From Candidatus Woesearchaeota archaeon (lineage in GTDB: Archaea > Nanobdellota > Nanobdellia > SCGC-AAA011-G17 > GW2011-AR18), in NCBI GenBank assembly GCA_018302765.1, contig JAGVZG010000002.1:47819-111818 (forward strand): 64,000 nt of DNA, in the 5' to 3' direction. Made by a program: the position numbers and the translations under genes. Positions 9,259-19,390 of the stretch are shown in pieces (position 1 is the stretch's first letter; the number at the start of each line of letters is the position of its first letter). Under the pieces are notes generated by a model, which searched no databases, was not told where the DNA came from, and was given only the letters and a program-made list of their open reading frames with translations.

Positions 9259-10212
9259 ATGGATTTAGCAGTATGTGACCAATATAAAAAAGTTAAATTA
9301 CAAGTACAAATACACACAAAAGAATTAACAGATTATTTGCACAGCATAGAACATTCTTTGCAATTATTAGAAGATACTAATAAAAGAAAAGATGTAACTT
9401 CTATTTTACTGGAGTTTACAAAAACGTCACAGTTATCTCTACTTGGAGATGAAGCTAAAACTTTAGATGTAGTACTAGAAAATTTACTGGATTTAAGAAG
9501 GGCTAAAAGACCGTTATATAAAAGGTTTAAAATAAAAGTAGGTGAAAAAATAAGAGATATATCTGTACCACAAAAATCATTAGAATTATTTCTTAAATAT
9601 TATGTTTCGCCACTTATAGATCATGCAAAGTGCCATGCTCAATCACATGGTGGTGAAGTGGGATGTACTCCAAAGTACAGCATTAAATCTATCTTACCTG
9701 TTGAATTTGTTTTGTCATTTGATCTTAAAGATGCTTATAAAAATATAGACTTGCAGTATATATTTGATTTTTATTATGATTTAATATTTGAAAAAACAAA
9801 AGACGTTGAGAAAAGCAAGCAAACTGCTGGATTTTTAGCTGGAGTATCAACTGTTTATTATGCAGATCGTGGATATGCACTTCCACAAGGATCACCAATA
9901 TGTTCAAAATTATTTAACAGAGTATTGCTTCCTATTGATAATTTACTATACAAATATTCTTTAGAAATCGGTCTGGATTATGTAAGATGGGTAGATGACT
10001 TTATTTTTAGCTCTAGTGATTGTGGTTTAACATTAGACAAATTTGTTAAAACTTTAGATATTGTCAGAAATTATTTTCCTATATCTGAGAATAAAACATA
10101 CTTTCAAAGAAAACATCCGGTATATCTTTTAGGACATAAAATTGTTGGCACAGATATAAGTGAGGCGACAACAGAGGAGTTGGAAACAAGACGCCAAATT
10201 AATTTATCATGA
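9259..10212 (+). CDS. reverse transcriptase, retron-like but atypical (WVDD)
   Basis: RT motifs in order: YKRFKIK...RDISVP, SHGG, FDLKDAYKNI, LPQGSPICSKLFN, YVRWVDDFIFS, ISENKT, VYLLG. Confidence 0.9.
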   Translation: MDLAVCDQYKKVKLQVQIHTKELTDYLHSIEHSLQLLEDTNKRKDVTSILLEFTKTSQLSLLGDEAKTLDVVLENLLDLRRAKRPLYKRFKIKVGEKIRDISVPQKSLELFLKYYVSPLIDHAKCHAQSHGGEVGCTPKYSIKSILPVEFVLSFDLKDAYKNIDLQYIFDFYYDLIFEKTKDVEKSKQTAGFLAGVSTVYYADRGYALPQGSPICSKLFNRVLLPIDNLLYKYSLEIGLDYVRWVDDFIFSSSDCGLTLDKFVKTLDIVRNYFPISENKTYFQRKHPVYLLGHKIVGTDISEATTEELETRRQINLS

Positions 10213-10258
10213 TATAATTAGATTAATCAGCCTATATGCAAATAGAACATGGATAAAT

Positions 10259-10582
10259 ATGAAAAGTAGAACTAATGATATAGAAAGCAAATATAGAGTT
10301 AAAAAATCATATTCACAAGTTAAACAAAACATAGAACTTTCTTATCTTAGAAGCTTGGATATTGATACAAAAATATTATTGTCTTTTTATCTATTTGGAG
10401 AAATCCCTCAAGTTTTAGTTGCTTTTATAGTAGGCGTTAAACAAGAAACTGTTTCTAGAAGTGTTAAAAGACTAAAGAAAGAAGGTAAAATAGAAACTAT
10501 TGGCAGAAAAAAACAACTATATGGAAGTGTTGCTAAAGATTACAAGATTGAACTAAGTGAACTATCTGCTTTATTAATATAA
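10259..10582 (+). CDS. winged helix-turn-helix protein (MarR-like)
   Basis: IPQVLVAFIVGVKQETVSRSVKRLKKEGKIE; ATG at 10259 chosen (ORF track opens at 10160). Confidence 0.65.
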   Translation: MKSRTNDIESKYRVKKSYSQVKQNIELSYLRSLDIDTKILLSFYLFGEIPQVLVAFIVGVKQETVSRSVKRLKKEGKIETIGRKKQLYGSVAKDYKIELSELSALLI

Positions 10583-10628
10583 AAATTAACAAAAACATTA
10601 AAATATCCAATAGATACTATATTTTACA

Positions 10629-12626
10629 ATGTTAATATTTACAAAAGAGGATTTATCATTAGACAAAGCCAAGGAAAAGGAGTGGATTATAACAAATGGC
10701 TTAGGAAGTTATTCCTCATCTACAGTTATTGGATTAAATACTAGAAAGTACCATGGATTGCTTGTTGCTGCATTAAAAAAACCATTAAATAGAAATCTGT
10801 TATTAAGCAAATTTGAGGAAGAGGTTATAATAGAAAACAGGTCTTACAAGTTAGGAATAAATAAATATCCTGAAGTTTATTACCCACAAGGCAATGATTA
10901 TTTAGAGGGTTTTGTATTTGGTATTTATCCTACTTTTAATTATAAAGTTGAAAATATAGACATAATAAAATCAATCTGCATGATTGCAAATAACAATGCA
11001 GTTGTTGTTTCTTATAAAATAATCTCAGAAAAACCATTTAGATTAAAAGTTATGCCATTAATTAATTGCAGGGAATTTCATAGTATTACTAAAGAACCAG
11101 GCTGGGTATTTAATCAATCAGCAGGGCAAAGAACAACAGTTATCAGGCCAAGCTATGAAGGATCTCCAGCAATAATTATGGGCTGTGATAAAGGCGTATA
11201 CAAACAAAAAGGCTTGTGGTTTTACAATATGGAGTATGAACAAGAAGTACTAAGGGGCTATGATTACACAGAAAATCATTTTTGTCCTGGAGAATTTATT
11301 GTTGATATAAAAAAAGGAAATAGCATTGTAAATTTTTTAGTTGTTGGGGACAATGCTGATGAAGCTTACATATCATTTGACAATTTATATTCTTCAGATG
11401 AGAAAGAATACAAAAAATTCTTTGAATATGAAATCAATAGGATAAAATCACTGGTAAAAACATGCTATTCTTTTAATAGTATAAAACAAGATGTTTTACT
11501 GCCTTACTTATTGCAGGCTTCAGATCAGTTTATAGTAAAAAATCCAACAACAGACAGCAAATCAGTAATTGCTGGTTATCATTGGTTTGATGATTATGGA
11601 AGAGACGCTCTTATTTCACTTCCAGGAATTTGTTTAACTACTGGAAGAATCAATGAAGCCAAGGAACTGCTACTGCATTATGCAAGGCAATGTAAGAATG
11701 GATTAATACCTAACAGAACAAAAGATAGTGGAGATGTAGAATATTCTTCAGTTGATACATCACTTTGGTTTATTTATGCAACTTACAAATTCTACAAATA
11801 CACAAATAATTTAGATTTTATAAGATTAAATCTGTGGAGTAAAATAAAGGAAATAATAAATTACTATAAATTTAGTACAGGTTTTGGAATTGAAATGAAG
11901 CAAGATGGTTTAATTTCTACAAATTCTGATTTACCTTTGACTTGGATGGATACAAAGTACACACTAAGGAAAGGTAAGTGTGTTGAGATAAATGCTTTAT
12001 GGTACAATGCATTAAAAATTTCAGAGCTATTTGCTAAAAGATTTAAAGAAGATTTTGAAGAATATTTAGTTATTAGCAACTTAGTAAAAAAATCATTTGG
12101 TGATAAATTCTGGAATCATGAAGAGAATTGTTTATATGACAGAATTGAAAATAATTTTAAGGATGCAAGTATAAGACCAAACCAGGTATTTGCTATTTCA
12201 TTACCATTTAGTATTTTAAATCTAAAAAAAGAATACTTTGTTGTTAAAAAAATTACAGAAGACCTGCTTACACCATATGGATTAAGAAGCTTAAGCAATA
12301 AAGACAAAAATTATATTGGGGTTTATAAAGGAAATCAAGAAGAAAGAGACAAAGCTTATCATAATGGGACTTCATGGGGCTGGCTATTAGGCCCTTATAT
12401 TACAGCTTATTTAAAAATTCATGACTATTCTAAAAAAGGAAAAGAAGAAGCAACTGAAAAAATAATAAAAAACATTGTGCATAGTTTGAAAGACTATGGC
12501 ATAGGAACCATTTCTGAAATATACGATGGAGATTTTCCTTATACTTCAAGAGGATGTATAAGCCAGGCTTGGAGCGTAGCTGAGATAACAAGGGCATATG
12601 TTGAAGATATATTAAAAAACCAGTAA
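10629..12626 (+). CDS. glycogen debranching enzyme (amylo-alpha-1,6-glucosidase, archaeal type)
   Basis: EWIITNGLGSYSS, RKYHGLL, IAGYHWFDDYGRD, TWMD, VEINALWYNAL, IRPNQ, AYHNGT, SQAWS. Confidence 0.9.
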   Translation: MLIFTKEDLSLDKAKEKEWIITNGLGSYSSSTVIGLNTRKYHGLLVAALKKPLNRNLLLSKFEEEVIIENRSYKLGINKYPEVYYPQGNDYLEGFVFGIYPTFNYKVENIDIIKSICMIANNNAVVVSYKIISEKPFRLKVMPLINCREFHSITKEPGWVFNQSAGQRTTVIRPSYEGSPAIIMGCDKGVYKQKGLWFYNMEYEQEVLRGYDYTENHFCPGEFIVDIKKGNSIVNFLVVGDNADEAYISFDNLYSSDEKEYKKFFEYEINRIKSLVKTCYSFNSIKQDVLLPYLLQASDQFIVKNPTTDSKSVIAGYHWFDDYGRDALISLPGICLTTGRINEAKELLLHYARQCKNGLIPNRTKDSGDVEYSSVDTSLWFIYATYKFYKYTNNLDFIRLNLWSKIKEIINYYKFSTGFGIEMKQDGLISTNSDLPLTWMDTKYTLRKGKCVEINALWYNALKISELFAKRFKEDFEEYLVISNLVKKSFGDKFWNHEENCLYDRIENNFKDASIRPNQVFAISLPFSILNLKKEYFVVKKITEDLLTPYGLRSLSNKDKNYIGVYKGNQEERDKAYHNGTSWGWLLGPYITAYLKIHDYSKKGKEEATEKIIKNIVHSLKDYGIGTISEIYDGDFPYTSRGCISQAWSVAEITRAYVEDILKNQ

Positions 12627-12788
12627 ACATAAGCTGTAATGTTAGCTACACCAAATAATATGGCAAAGCTAAATATAAATATAAGAATTAAAAAAAATAT
12701 TTATTGTCTTTTAGATACGTCCAATAAAACCTAATGCTGCCCACGAACAAATGCGAAAATTTAAATTATGAATAAATAACAAACAATT

Positions 12789-13280
12789 ATGTATGATCCA
12801 AAAAAAGCACACTATATTGTTGTAACAGGAATAATTATTAAACATGAAAAATTTTTAATTACAAAAAGAGCGCCAACTGAAAAAGCATTTCCAAACCAAT
12901 GGACTGTTCCGGGCGGGAAATTAGAATTAGATGACTACGCAAAAAGACCAAAAGACACTTCTGCCCATTGGTATAATATTTTTGAAGACTTGTTAAAAAG
13001 AGAAGTTATGGAAGAAGTTGGTTTGACTATGAAAAATATTCGTTATTTAACAAGTCTTTCATACATTCGTTCTGATAATATACCTACAATTATTGTTAGT
13101 CTTTTTGCTGACTACCATGAAGGAGAAGTTAAACTTTGTCCTGCCCTTACAGAATACGCTTGGGTAACTCTCAAAGAAGCAAAGAATTATGAATTAATTG
13201 AAGGCATATATGAAGAATTGGAAATGCTTGATAAAATCCTTAAAGGAAAAGAAGTTAGGGTTTGGCAAAAGAAAGAATAG
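12789..13280 (+). CDS. NUDIX hydrolase
   Basis: WTVPGGK...KREVMEEVGL Nudix box with an insertion. Confidence 0.85.
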   Translation: MYDPKKAHYIVVTGIIIKHEKFLITKRAPTEKAFPNQWTVPGGKLELDDYAKRPKDTSAHWYNIFEDLLKREVMEEVGLTMKNIRYLTSLSYIRSDNIPTIIVSLFADYHEGEVKLCPALTEYAWVTLKEAKNYELIEGIYEELEMLDKILKGKEVRVWQKKE

Positions 13281-13452
13281 GTGCATGTGTTTTTCACTCT
13301 AATTTAGTGCCATCGCTACTTGTTCACTTTGTTCGCACCGAAATTTTCTCATATGCAGTGTAGGAAAAGAAATTAACAAGAATTATATGTACTGCTTACT
13401 TAACAGCTCAAGTAAACAAAAACATTATATATAATCAGAAATTAATAATTTC

Positions 13453-14292
13453 ATGAGCATTGGAAGCTTAGCTAAAAAAGCAGGTTTAGGCTTATTATTA
13501 ATTTTTGGAGCGCCGGCTGTAGTTGCTGGAGGACTTAAGCTTGCAGAAATGTACTTAGCAAACTTAGACAAAAAAGACCAGGAAGCATTCAAAGCTGCAA
13601 TGGCTTCTTATGACAACGCTGTAGAAGCATATAACAGAAGCGACTATAGGGCTGCAAGAACACATTTAGAAAACACAAGAACTTTATTGAAAAGTCTTAG
13701 AATGGTTCAGGACAAAAAAACTATTGACAATTTTGTTAATATGTTGGATTGCATGGTAAATGCACAAGAGCAAATAGATAAAGAAAAATACAGAGAGGCA
13801 TTAGACTGGATAATTAAAGCTAAAGAATATTTAAAAGGTATAGAATTTTCAGACCTAACTAAGTATGACAATTTATACCAAAAACTAAGAGAATTAGAAA
13901 GACTTGTAGGAGAAGGTATAAAAGAAAAGAAAGTAGAAGAAAATATGAAAAAAGTTTCTCCATTGTATAAAAAAGCACTTGCTGCATTTAAAAAAAACAG
14001 ATTTAAGATAGCAATGGATTTTTCATATCAGGCATTAGTTATAATGAAAAAATCTAAAGTAGAAGATGATACTGGCTTAGTTAAAAAATTTGGTGATCTT
14101 GCTACGCTATGTAAATTAATACAGGAAAAAATAATACAAGGTAATTATGGAACTGCTATGAGGTGGGTTGAAGATGGAATAAGAATTGTAAATTCTGCAG
14201 GCTTTCCGGCAGATGACAAAGACATGATACTTGAAAAATTATTAGATTTCAGATCTACAATAGAATCTGCAGGAGCACGCGCAGAGCTTTAA
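13453..14292 (+). CDS. membrane-anchored helical-repeat (TPR-like) protein
   Basis: N-terminal hydrophobic helix; four similar helices (YNRSDYRAA, IDKEKYREA, FKKNRFKIA, IIQGNYGTA). Confidence 0.55.
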   Translation: MSIGSLAKKAGLGLLLIFGAPAVVAGGLKLAEMYLANLDKKDQEAFKAAMASYDNAVEAYNRSDYRAARTHLENTRTLLKSLRMVQDKKTIDNFVNMLDCMVNAQEQIDKEKYREALDWIIKAKEYLKGIEFSDLTKYDNLYQKLRELERLVGEGIKEKKVEENMKKVSPLYKKALAAFKKNRFKIAMDFSYQALVIMKKSKVEDDTGLVKKFGDLATLCKLIQEKIIQGNYGTAMRWVEDGIRIVNSAGFPADDKDMILEKLLDFRSTIESAGARAEL

Positions 14293-14312
14293 CAATATTT
14301 ATATACATATTA

Positions 14313-15128
14313 GTGGATTTAAATATAAAAAAGATGGTTAATATACAACATAAGATAAATGAATTATTAACAAATAATAAAGCATTATTTCTAGCGCTAG
14401 ACCAAGGTCTGGAACATGGCCCAAAAGATTTTAATCTTACAACAATAAATCCAGAATATGTCTTTAATTTAGCGAGAGATGAAAAATTTAATGCTATAAT
14501 ATTACAAAAAGGTTTAGCTATTAGATATCATGAAAACTACAGATATAAAATTCCATTAATCCTTAAATTAAATGGCAAAACAGGTTTAGGTCACAGAGAG
14601 CCTTATTCTCCACAGATATGCAGTGTGAAGAAAGCAGTGAAGCTAGGAGCTGATGCTGTTGGTTATACTATATATTTTGGTTCTCCTTACGAACCAGAAA
14701 TGTTTAAGGAATTTTCAAAAATTGAAGAAGAAGCACATGACTATGGATTGCCTGTTGTTTTATGGGCATATCCGAGAGGCTCTGGAGTAGAAGAAAGTAG
14801 TACTGACACTTTAGCTTATGCTGCAAGAGCTTCATTGGAACTTGGTGCTGACTTTATAAAAATAAAATACAACGGAGATTCAGAAGGCTATAAGTGGATT
14901 GTAAAAAGTTCTGGAAATTCAAAATTGTTTGCTGCTGGAGGTGAGAAAAAAGATGTAAAGGACTTTCTTTCTGATGTTTACAATGTTATGAAGGCTGGAG
15001 CATCTGGGGTTGCTATTGGAAGAAATGTATGGCAGTCTGAACATCCATTAAAGATATCTGATGCAGTAAAAGCAATTGTGTTTGGCAATAAAACTGTAGA
15101 ACAAGCCTTGAAGCTAATTAAAAAATGA
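14313..15128 (+). CDS. fba: fructose-bisphosphate aldolase class Ia (DhnA family)
   Basis: ALDQGLEHGP, KLNGKT, ELGADFIKIKY (Schiff-base Lys), IGRNVWQ; alternative ATG at 14334. Confidence 0.9.
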   Translation: MDLNIKKMVNIQHKINELLTNNKALFLALDQGLEHGPKDFNLTTINPEYVFNLARDEKFNAIILQKGLAIRYHENYRYKIPLILKLNGKTGLGHREPYSPQICSVKKAVKLGADAVGYTIYFGSPYEPEMFKEFSKIEEEAHDYGLPVVLWAYPRGSGVEESSTDTLAYAARASLELGADFIKIKYNGDSEGYKWIVKSSGNSKLFAAGGEKKDVKDFLSDVYNVMKAGASGVAIGRNVWQSEHPLKISDAVKAIVFGNKTVEQALKLIKK

Positions 15129-15568
15129 AAACATTTATTGGTGCAGATCATGCTGGTTTTAAGTTAAAGGAAAAATTAAAACCTTATTTAACTAAATTAA
15201 AATATCAAGTTATAGACTTTGGAAATAAGAAATATCAAGAAAATGATGACTACCCTATTTATGGAAATAGAGTAGCAAAAGCTGTGGCCAAAAATAAAAA
15301 TTCTTTTGGAATTCTAATCTGCGGATCTGGCCAAGGTGTTTGCATTGTAGCAAATAAAGTTAAAGGAATAAGAGCAGCATTAGCTGAAGATACAAGAGAT
15401 GCTTATTTAGCTAGAAGAGATGATAATTGTAATATAATATGTTTGCAGGGAAGATACACTAATTTAGACAAAGCAAAAATAATTGTAAAAATGTTTTTGG
15501 AAACTAAATTCAAAGCACTGAAAAGATACAAAAGAAGAATCAATGAGATTAAAAAATTGGAAAAATAA
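15125..15568 (+). CDS. rpiB: ribose-5-phosphate isomerase B
   Basis: GADHAG, DDYP, ICGSGQG, ANKVKGIRAA. Confidence 0.92.
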   Translation: MKTFIGADHAGFKLKEKLKPYLTKLKYQVIDFGNKKYQENDDYPIYGNRVAKAVAKNKNSFGILICGSGQGVCIVANKVKGIRAALAEDTRDAYLARRDDNCNIICLQGRYTNLDKAKIIVKMFLETKFKALKRYKRRINEIKKLEK

Positions 15569-15623
15569 TTGTGTTATATAAAATACGGTTGTTACATAAA
15601 AATAATAGTTGTAGGAAAAATAT

Positions 15624-16247
15624 ATGAAATACAAAATAATTCCAACATTGATATCAAAAAATCAAAATGAATTGGATGATTTAATTAATAAGTATGAAAA
15701 ACATTTTAATTATTTTCAAGTTGATATTATGGATGGAAAATTTGTGAAAAATAAAAGTAACTGGTTTAAATTTAAACTGCCTCAAAATCTTAAATATGAA
15801 GCACATTTAATGATAAATAATCCTGAAGAATGGATCAAGGAAAATTATAATCAATTTGATGTCTTAATTGTAAATTTTGAGAAAGTAAAAAAACCATTAG
15901 AATTGATTAAATTTGTAAAAAGCAAAAATAAGAAATTTGGTTTTGCTCTGAATCCTGAAACTCCCATTATGCTTGTTTTACCTTACTTAAAATATTTGGA
16001 TCACATTCTAATATTAACAGTACATCCTGGAATGTATGGGGCTAGATTTTTAATTAAAACTTTAAACAAAATAGAAAGCTTGAGAATGAATTATAAAGGT
16101 AATATAGAAGTTGATGGCCATATTAACCCTAAAACAATTAAATTATGCAAAAATAATGGAGCAAATTTATTTGCCATTGGTTCATTTTTAAAAAAAAGCA
16201 AAGATATGAAAAAATCAATTAAAGAAATAAATAATGCTTTAAGATAA
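15624..16247 (+). CDS. rpe: ribulose-phosphate 3-epimerase
   Basis: QVDIMDGKFV, EAHLM, ALNPETP, TVHPG, EVDG. Confidence 0.85.
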   Translation: MKYKIIPTLISKNQNELDDLINKYEKHFNYFQVDIMDGKFVKNKSNWFKFKLPQNLKYEAHLMINNPEEWIKENYNQFDVLIVNFEKVKKPLELIKFVKSKNKKFGFALNPETPIMLVLPYLKYLDHILILTVHPGMYGARFLIKTLNKIESLRMNYKGNIEVDGHINPKTIKLCKNNGANLFAIGSFLKKSKDMKKSIKEINNALR

Positions 16248-16283
16248 GTTTTAAATAAGTCTTATTATTATTTAAATTGAAAA

Positions 16284-18110
16284 ATGGTAATAATAAATCA
16301 ATTAAAATACGTTGCAAATATTCTTAGAAGGGATGTTCTTAAAATGACTACCAAAGCAGGAAGTGGCCATCCAACTACTTGCTTATCTTGCGCTGAAATT
16401 ATGTCAGTTTTATTTTTTAATGAGATGCAGTATGATATAAAGAATTCATTTAATCCAGACAATGATGAGTTTGTATTAAGCAAAGGCCATGCAGGCCCAA
16501 TATTATACTCATGTTTATATAGAACAGACTGCATAAATAAAGATTTGATGAGTTTAAGAGAATTTGAAAGCCCATATGAAGGACATCCATTGCCCAATTC
16601 ATTAAAATGGGTAAAAGTTGCAACTGGCTCTTTAGGTCAAGGTTTATCTATAGGCGTTGGAATGGCTTTAGCATCAAAATTACAAAAAAGAAAATTTAGA
16701 ACTTATGTTTTATTAGGTGATAGCGAATGTTCAGAAGGCTCTGTTTATGAAGCTGCAGAATTGGCTTCGCATTGTAAATTAAGCAATTTATGTGCAATAA
16801 TAGATGTAAATAGATTAGGACAAAGCGGAGAAACCATGCTAGGTCATAATTTAAATGCTTATAAAAAAAGATTTGAATCATTTGGATGGAATGCAATTAT
16901 TGTTAATGGTCATGATATAAAGGAAATTATAAAAGCATTCTCAAAAGCAAAAAAAGAAACAAAAAAACCAACAGTAATAATAGCTAAGACACTAAAAGGA
17001 AAAGGGGTTTCTTTTGTAGAAAACAAAGAAAGATGGCATGGAAAAGCACTAAATCAAGAACAACTTGAGCAAGCATTAGATGAAATACCAGATCCAGAAT
17101 TGCCTAAAATAAAAATAAAAAATCCAAAACAGATTAATGTTAGTTTTAAAAAAATAAATTCGCAAATAAAAACAAATTACAAATTAAATGAGATGGTTGC
17201 TACAAGAGAGGCATATGGAATGGCTTTGGTTAAATTAGCTAAATCAGATGACTGGGTTATTGCAACAGATGGTGAAGTAAAAAATTCCACATTTGCAGAA
17301 CTTTTAATTAAAGAAAAACCAAACAGATTTATTGAGGCTTATATAGCAGAGCAAAATATGATAGGCATGGCTCTAGGTTTATCTGTAAAAGGATTTAACG
17401 TATTTGCTTCTTCATTTGCCTGCTTCCTTTCTAGAGCGCATGATCAATTGAGAATGTCTGCTTTATCAAATTGCAATTTAACTTTCTGTGGCTCTCATGC
17501 AGGCATTTCTATAGGGGAAGATGGGCCATCACAAATGGGCTTGGAAGATATAGCAATGTTCAGATCTTTACCTAATAGCATTATATTATATCCTTCTGAT
17601 GCTGTTTCTGCAGAGAAATTAGTTGAATTGGCTTATAAAACTAAAGGATTAAAATACATCAGAACAACAAGACCAAAAACACAAATAATATACAATGATA
17701 ATGAAAAATTTGAAATTGGAAACTTTAAAGTTTTAAGATACTCAAATGAAGATAAATTAGTTATAGTTGGTGCTGGTATAACCTTACATGAGTCATTAAA
17801 GGCTTACAAATTATTAAAAGAAGGAGGAGTAAGTGTTGCTGTTGTAGATTGTTACTGTATTAAACCTTTTGACAGTAAGAAATTTTTAAGCTTAGTAAAA
17901 AAATCAGGAAATAAAGTTCTGGTTGTGGAAGACCACTATCAAGAAGGTGGAATTTCTGAGATGATAATGCATGAGCTATCTGAAATAAGTATTCCAGTAA
18001 AAAGTCTTGCTGTTAAAAAAATACCTCACTCTGGCAAACCAGATGTATTATTAAATAAATATGAAATAGATGCTGAAGCAATTGTTAAAACCGTCAAGAA
18101 TTTTATTTAA
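16284..18110 (+). CDS. tkt: transketolase (single chain)
   Basis: GSGHP, LSKGHA, TGSLGQG, GDSECSEGS ThDP motif, IAEQNM, GEDGPSQM. Confidence 0.95.
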   Translation: MVIINQLKYVANILRRDVLKMTTKAGSGHPTTCLSCAEIMSVLFFNEMQYDIKNSFNPDNDEFVLSKGHAGPILYSCLYRTDCINKDLMSLREFESPYEGHPLPNSLKWVKVATGSLGQGLSIGVGMALASKLQKRKFRTYVLLGDSECSEGSVYEAAELASHCKLSNLCAIIDVNRLGQSGETMLGHNLNAYKKRFESFGWNAIIVNGHDIKEIIKAFSKAKKETKKPTVIIAKTLKGKGVSFVENKERWHGKALNQEQLEQALDEIPDPELPKIKIKNPKQINVSFKKINSQIKTNYKLNEMVATREAYGMALVKLAKSDDWVIATDGEVKNSTFAELLIKEKPNRFIEAYIAEQNMIGMALGLSVKGFNVFASSFACFLSRAHDQLRMSALSNCNLTFCGSHAGISIGEDGPSQMGLEDIAMFRSLPNSIILYPSDAVSAEKLVELAYKTKGLKYIRTTRPKTQIIYNDNEKFEIGNFKVLRYSNEDKLVIVGAGITLHESLKAYKLLKEGGVSVAVVDCYCIKPFDSKKFLSLVKKSGNKVLVVEDHYQEGGISEMIMHELSEISIPVKSLAVKKIPHSGKPDVLLNKYEIDAEAIVKTVKNFI

Positions 18111-18580
18111 TCTCTACTCATGACGTATCTTTCATAAAGTCTGTCTATTAAAGTTTCAACTCTTTTCCTAACTGGTTCAGGCAGGCCTCTTAACTTTGTA
18201 GTTATAAGTTTTGGTTTAAATTTCTCTTTTCCCTTAGCAAGAATTTCTTCATCAGGTTCTAAATTAAATCCTTGTGGAAGCCTACTTACTAAAAATTCTC
18301 TTTGCGTTTCATTTAGTTTAAGTGCTTCAATATATAAACATAGAAATGTTCTATGTGGCTCAATACTGTCTAAGGCGGATTCCAGACTACTTGATGTAAT
18401 ATTGCGATTTTCAAAATAGTGTATATATGTTGATTGAAAAGTATTTGCACGTATTCTTGGGTATCTAGAGTGAATATATTTAGCTACTTCTCTTTGTGAA
18501 ATTCTATTTCTTAAATGTCTTAAAGTGTATAAATTACGAGCTATTCCCATTACGTATTGATATTTATCTTCATGACTCAT
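18107..18580 (-). CDS. putative XRE-like HTH protein
   Basis: LYTLRHLRNRISQREVAKYI...YIHYFEN resembles the Cro/C1 HTH; start moved to ATG of MSHEDKY. Confidence 0.5.
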   Translation of the reverse strand: MSHEDKYQYVMGIARNLYTLRHLRNRISQREVAKYIHSRYPRIRANTFQSTYIHYFENRNITSSSLESALDSIEPHRTFLCLYIEALKLNETQREFLVSRLPQGFNLEPDEEILAKGKEKFKPKLITTKLRGLPEPVRKRVETLIDRLYERYVMSRD

Positions 18581-18726
18581 ATAATACAAAGAGTAATTAT
18601 TTTTATAAATCTTATGGTAGTAACAAAACAAGCCTTGTAACATTCTTGCCTAAAAATTATAGTTATGCAGAAGATTTAACAAAGTTTATATATTTCTCAA
18701 TGTTTATCAATTAAAAAGAGGTAAAA

Positions 18727-19389
18727 ATGAAAATATTCTTAGACACAGCTAACATAGACGAAATAAGAAAAGCCTTCTCTTTGGGAGTATTAGACGGAGT
18801 AACAACAAATCCAAGTTTGGCTGCAAAAGAAAATAAAAATTTTGATCAATTAGTCAAAGAAATTCTAGAAGTGTTTAAAGGAACAGATGGTATAGTAAAC
18901 CTTGAAGTGGTTAGCGAAAAAGCAGATGATATGACAAGGGAAGGACTAAAATTAGCAAATATATCTAAAAATGTTGTTGTTAAAATTCCATGCATAGAAG
19001 AAGGGCTAAAGGCATGCAAGATACTATCAAAGGCAAAAGTAAGAGTCAATGTTACTCTATGTTTTTCAGCATCACAAGCACTATTAGCAGCTAAAAATGG
19101 TGCATATTTTATTAGTCCATTTATAGGAAGATTAGATGATCAGAATGATAATGGAATGCGTGTGGTAGAAGAAATAAAAAAAATTTACATGAATTATAGT
19201 TTTAAAACTCAGATTTTAGTAGCTAGTGTTAGAACTGCAAGACAGGTTGTGGAAGCAGCAGTGATTGGTGCTGATGTATGTACCGTACCATATGGTGTCT
19301 TTGAAAAACTTTACAAACATCCATTAACAGACATAGGACAAAAAAAATTCCTTGAAGACTGGTATAGTTACAAGGCAAGATTTAGATAA
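18727..19389 (+). CDS. tal: transaldolase (short FSA/TalC type)
   Basis: FLDTAN, GVTTNPS, VVKIP (Schiff-base Lys), SPFIGRLDD; GAGGT SD. Confidence 0.92.
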   Translation: MKIFLDTANIDEIRKAFSLGVLDGVTTNPSLAAKENKNFDQLVKEILEVFKGTDGIVNLEVVSEKADDMTREGLKLANISKNVVVKIPCIEEGLKACKILSKAKVRVNVTLCFSASQALLAAKNGAYFISPFIGRLDDQNDNGMRVVEEIKKIYMNYSFKTQILVASVRTARQVVEAAVIGADVCTVPYGVFEKLYKHPLTDIGQKKFLEDWYSYKARFR

Positions 19390-19390
19390 G

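Noticed and set aside
9259-10212. This RT as the DGR enzyme for the two variable regions
   Set aside because: It has LPQGSP rather than the DGR-typical PIGNLTSQ, and no avd or template repeat is adjacent; a link cannot be fully excluded without phylogeny
10160-10258. Programmed +1 frameshift fusing the RT to the wHTH
   Set aside because: The frames overlap for 53 nt but I see no slippery site, and the wHTH has its own ATG at 10259
12721-13360. GC-richer segments flanking the Nudix gene as attC-like cassette ends
   Set aside because: Only an 8-nt inverted match (CGAACAAA); no RYYYAAC/GTTRRRY boxes and no integrase
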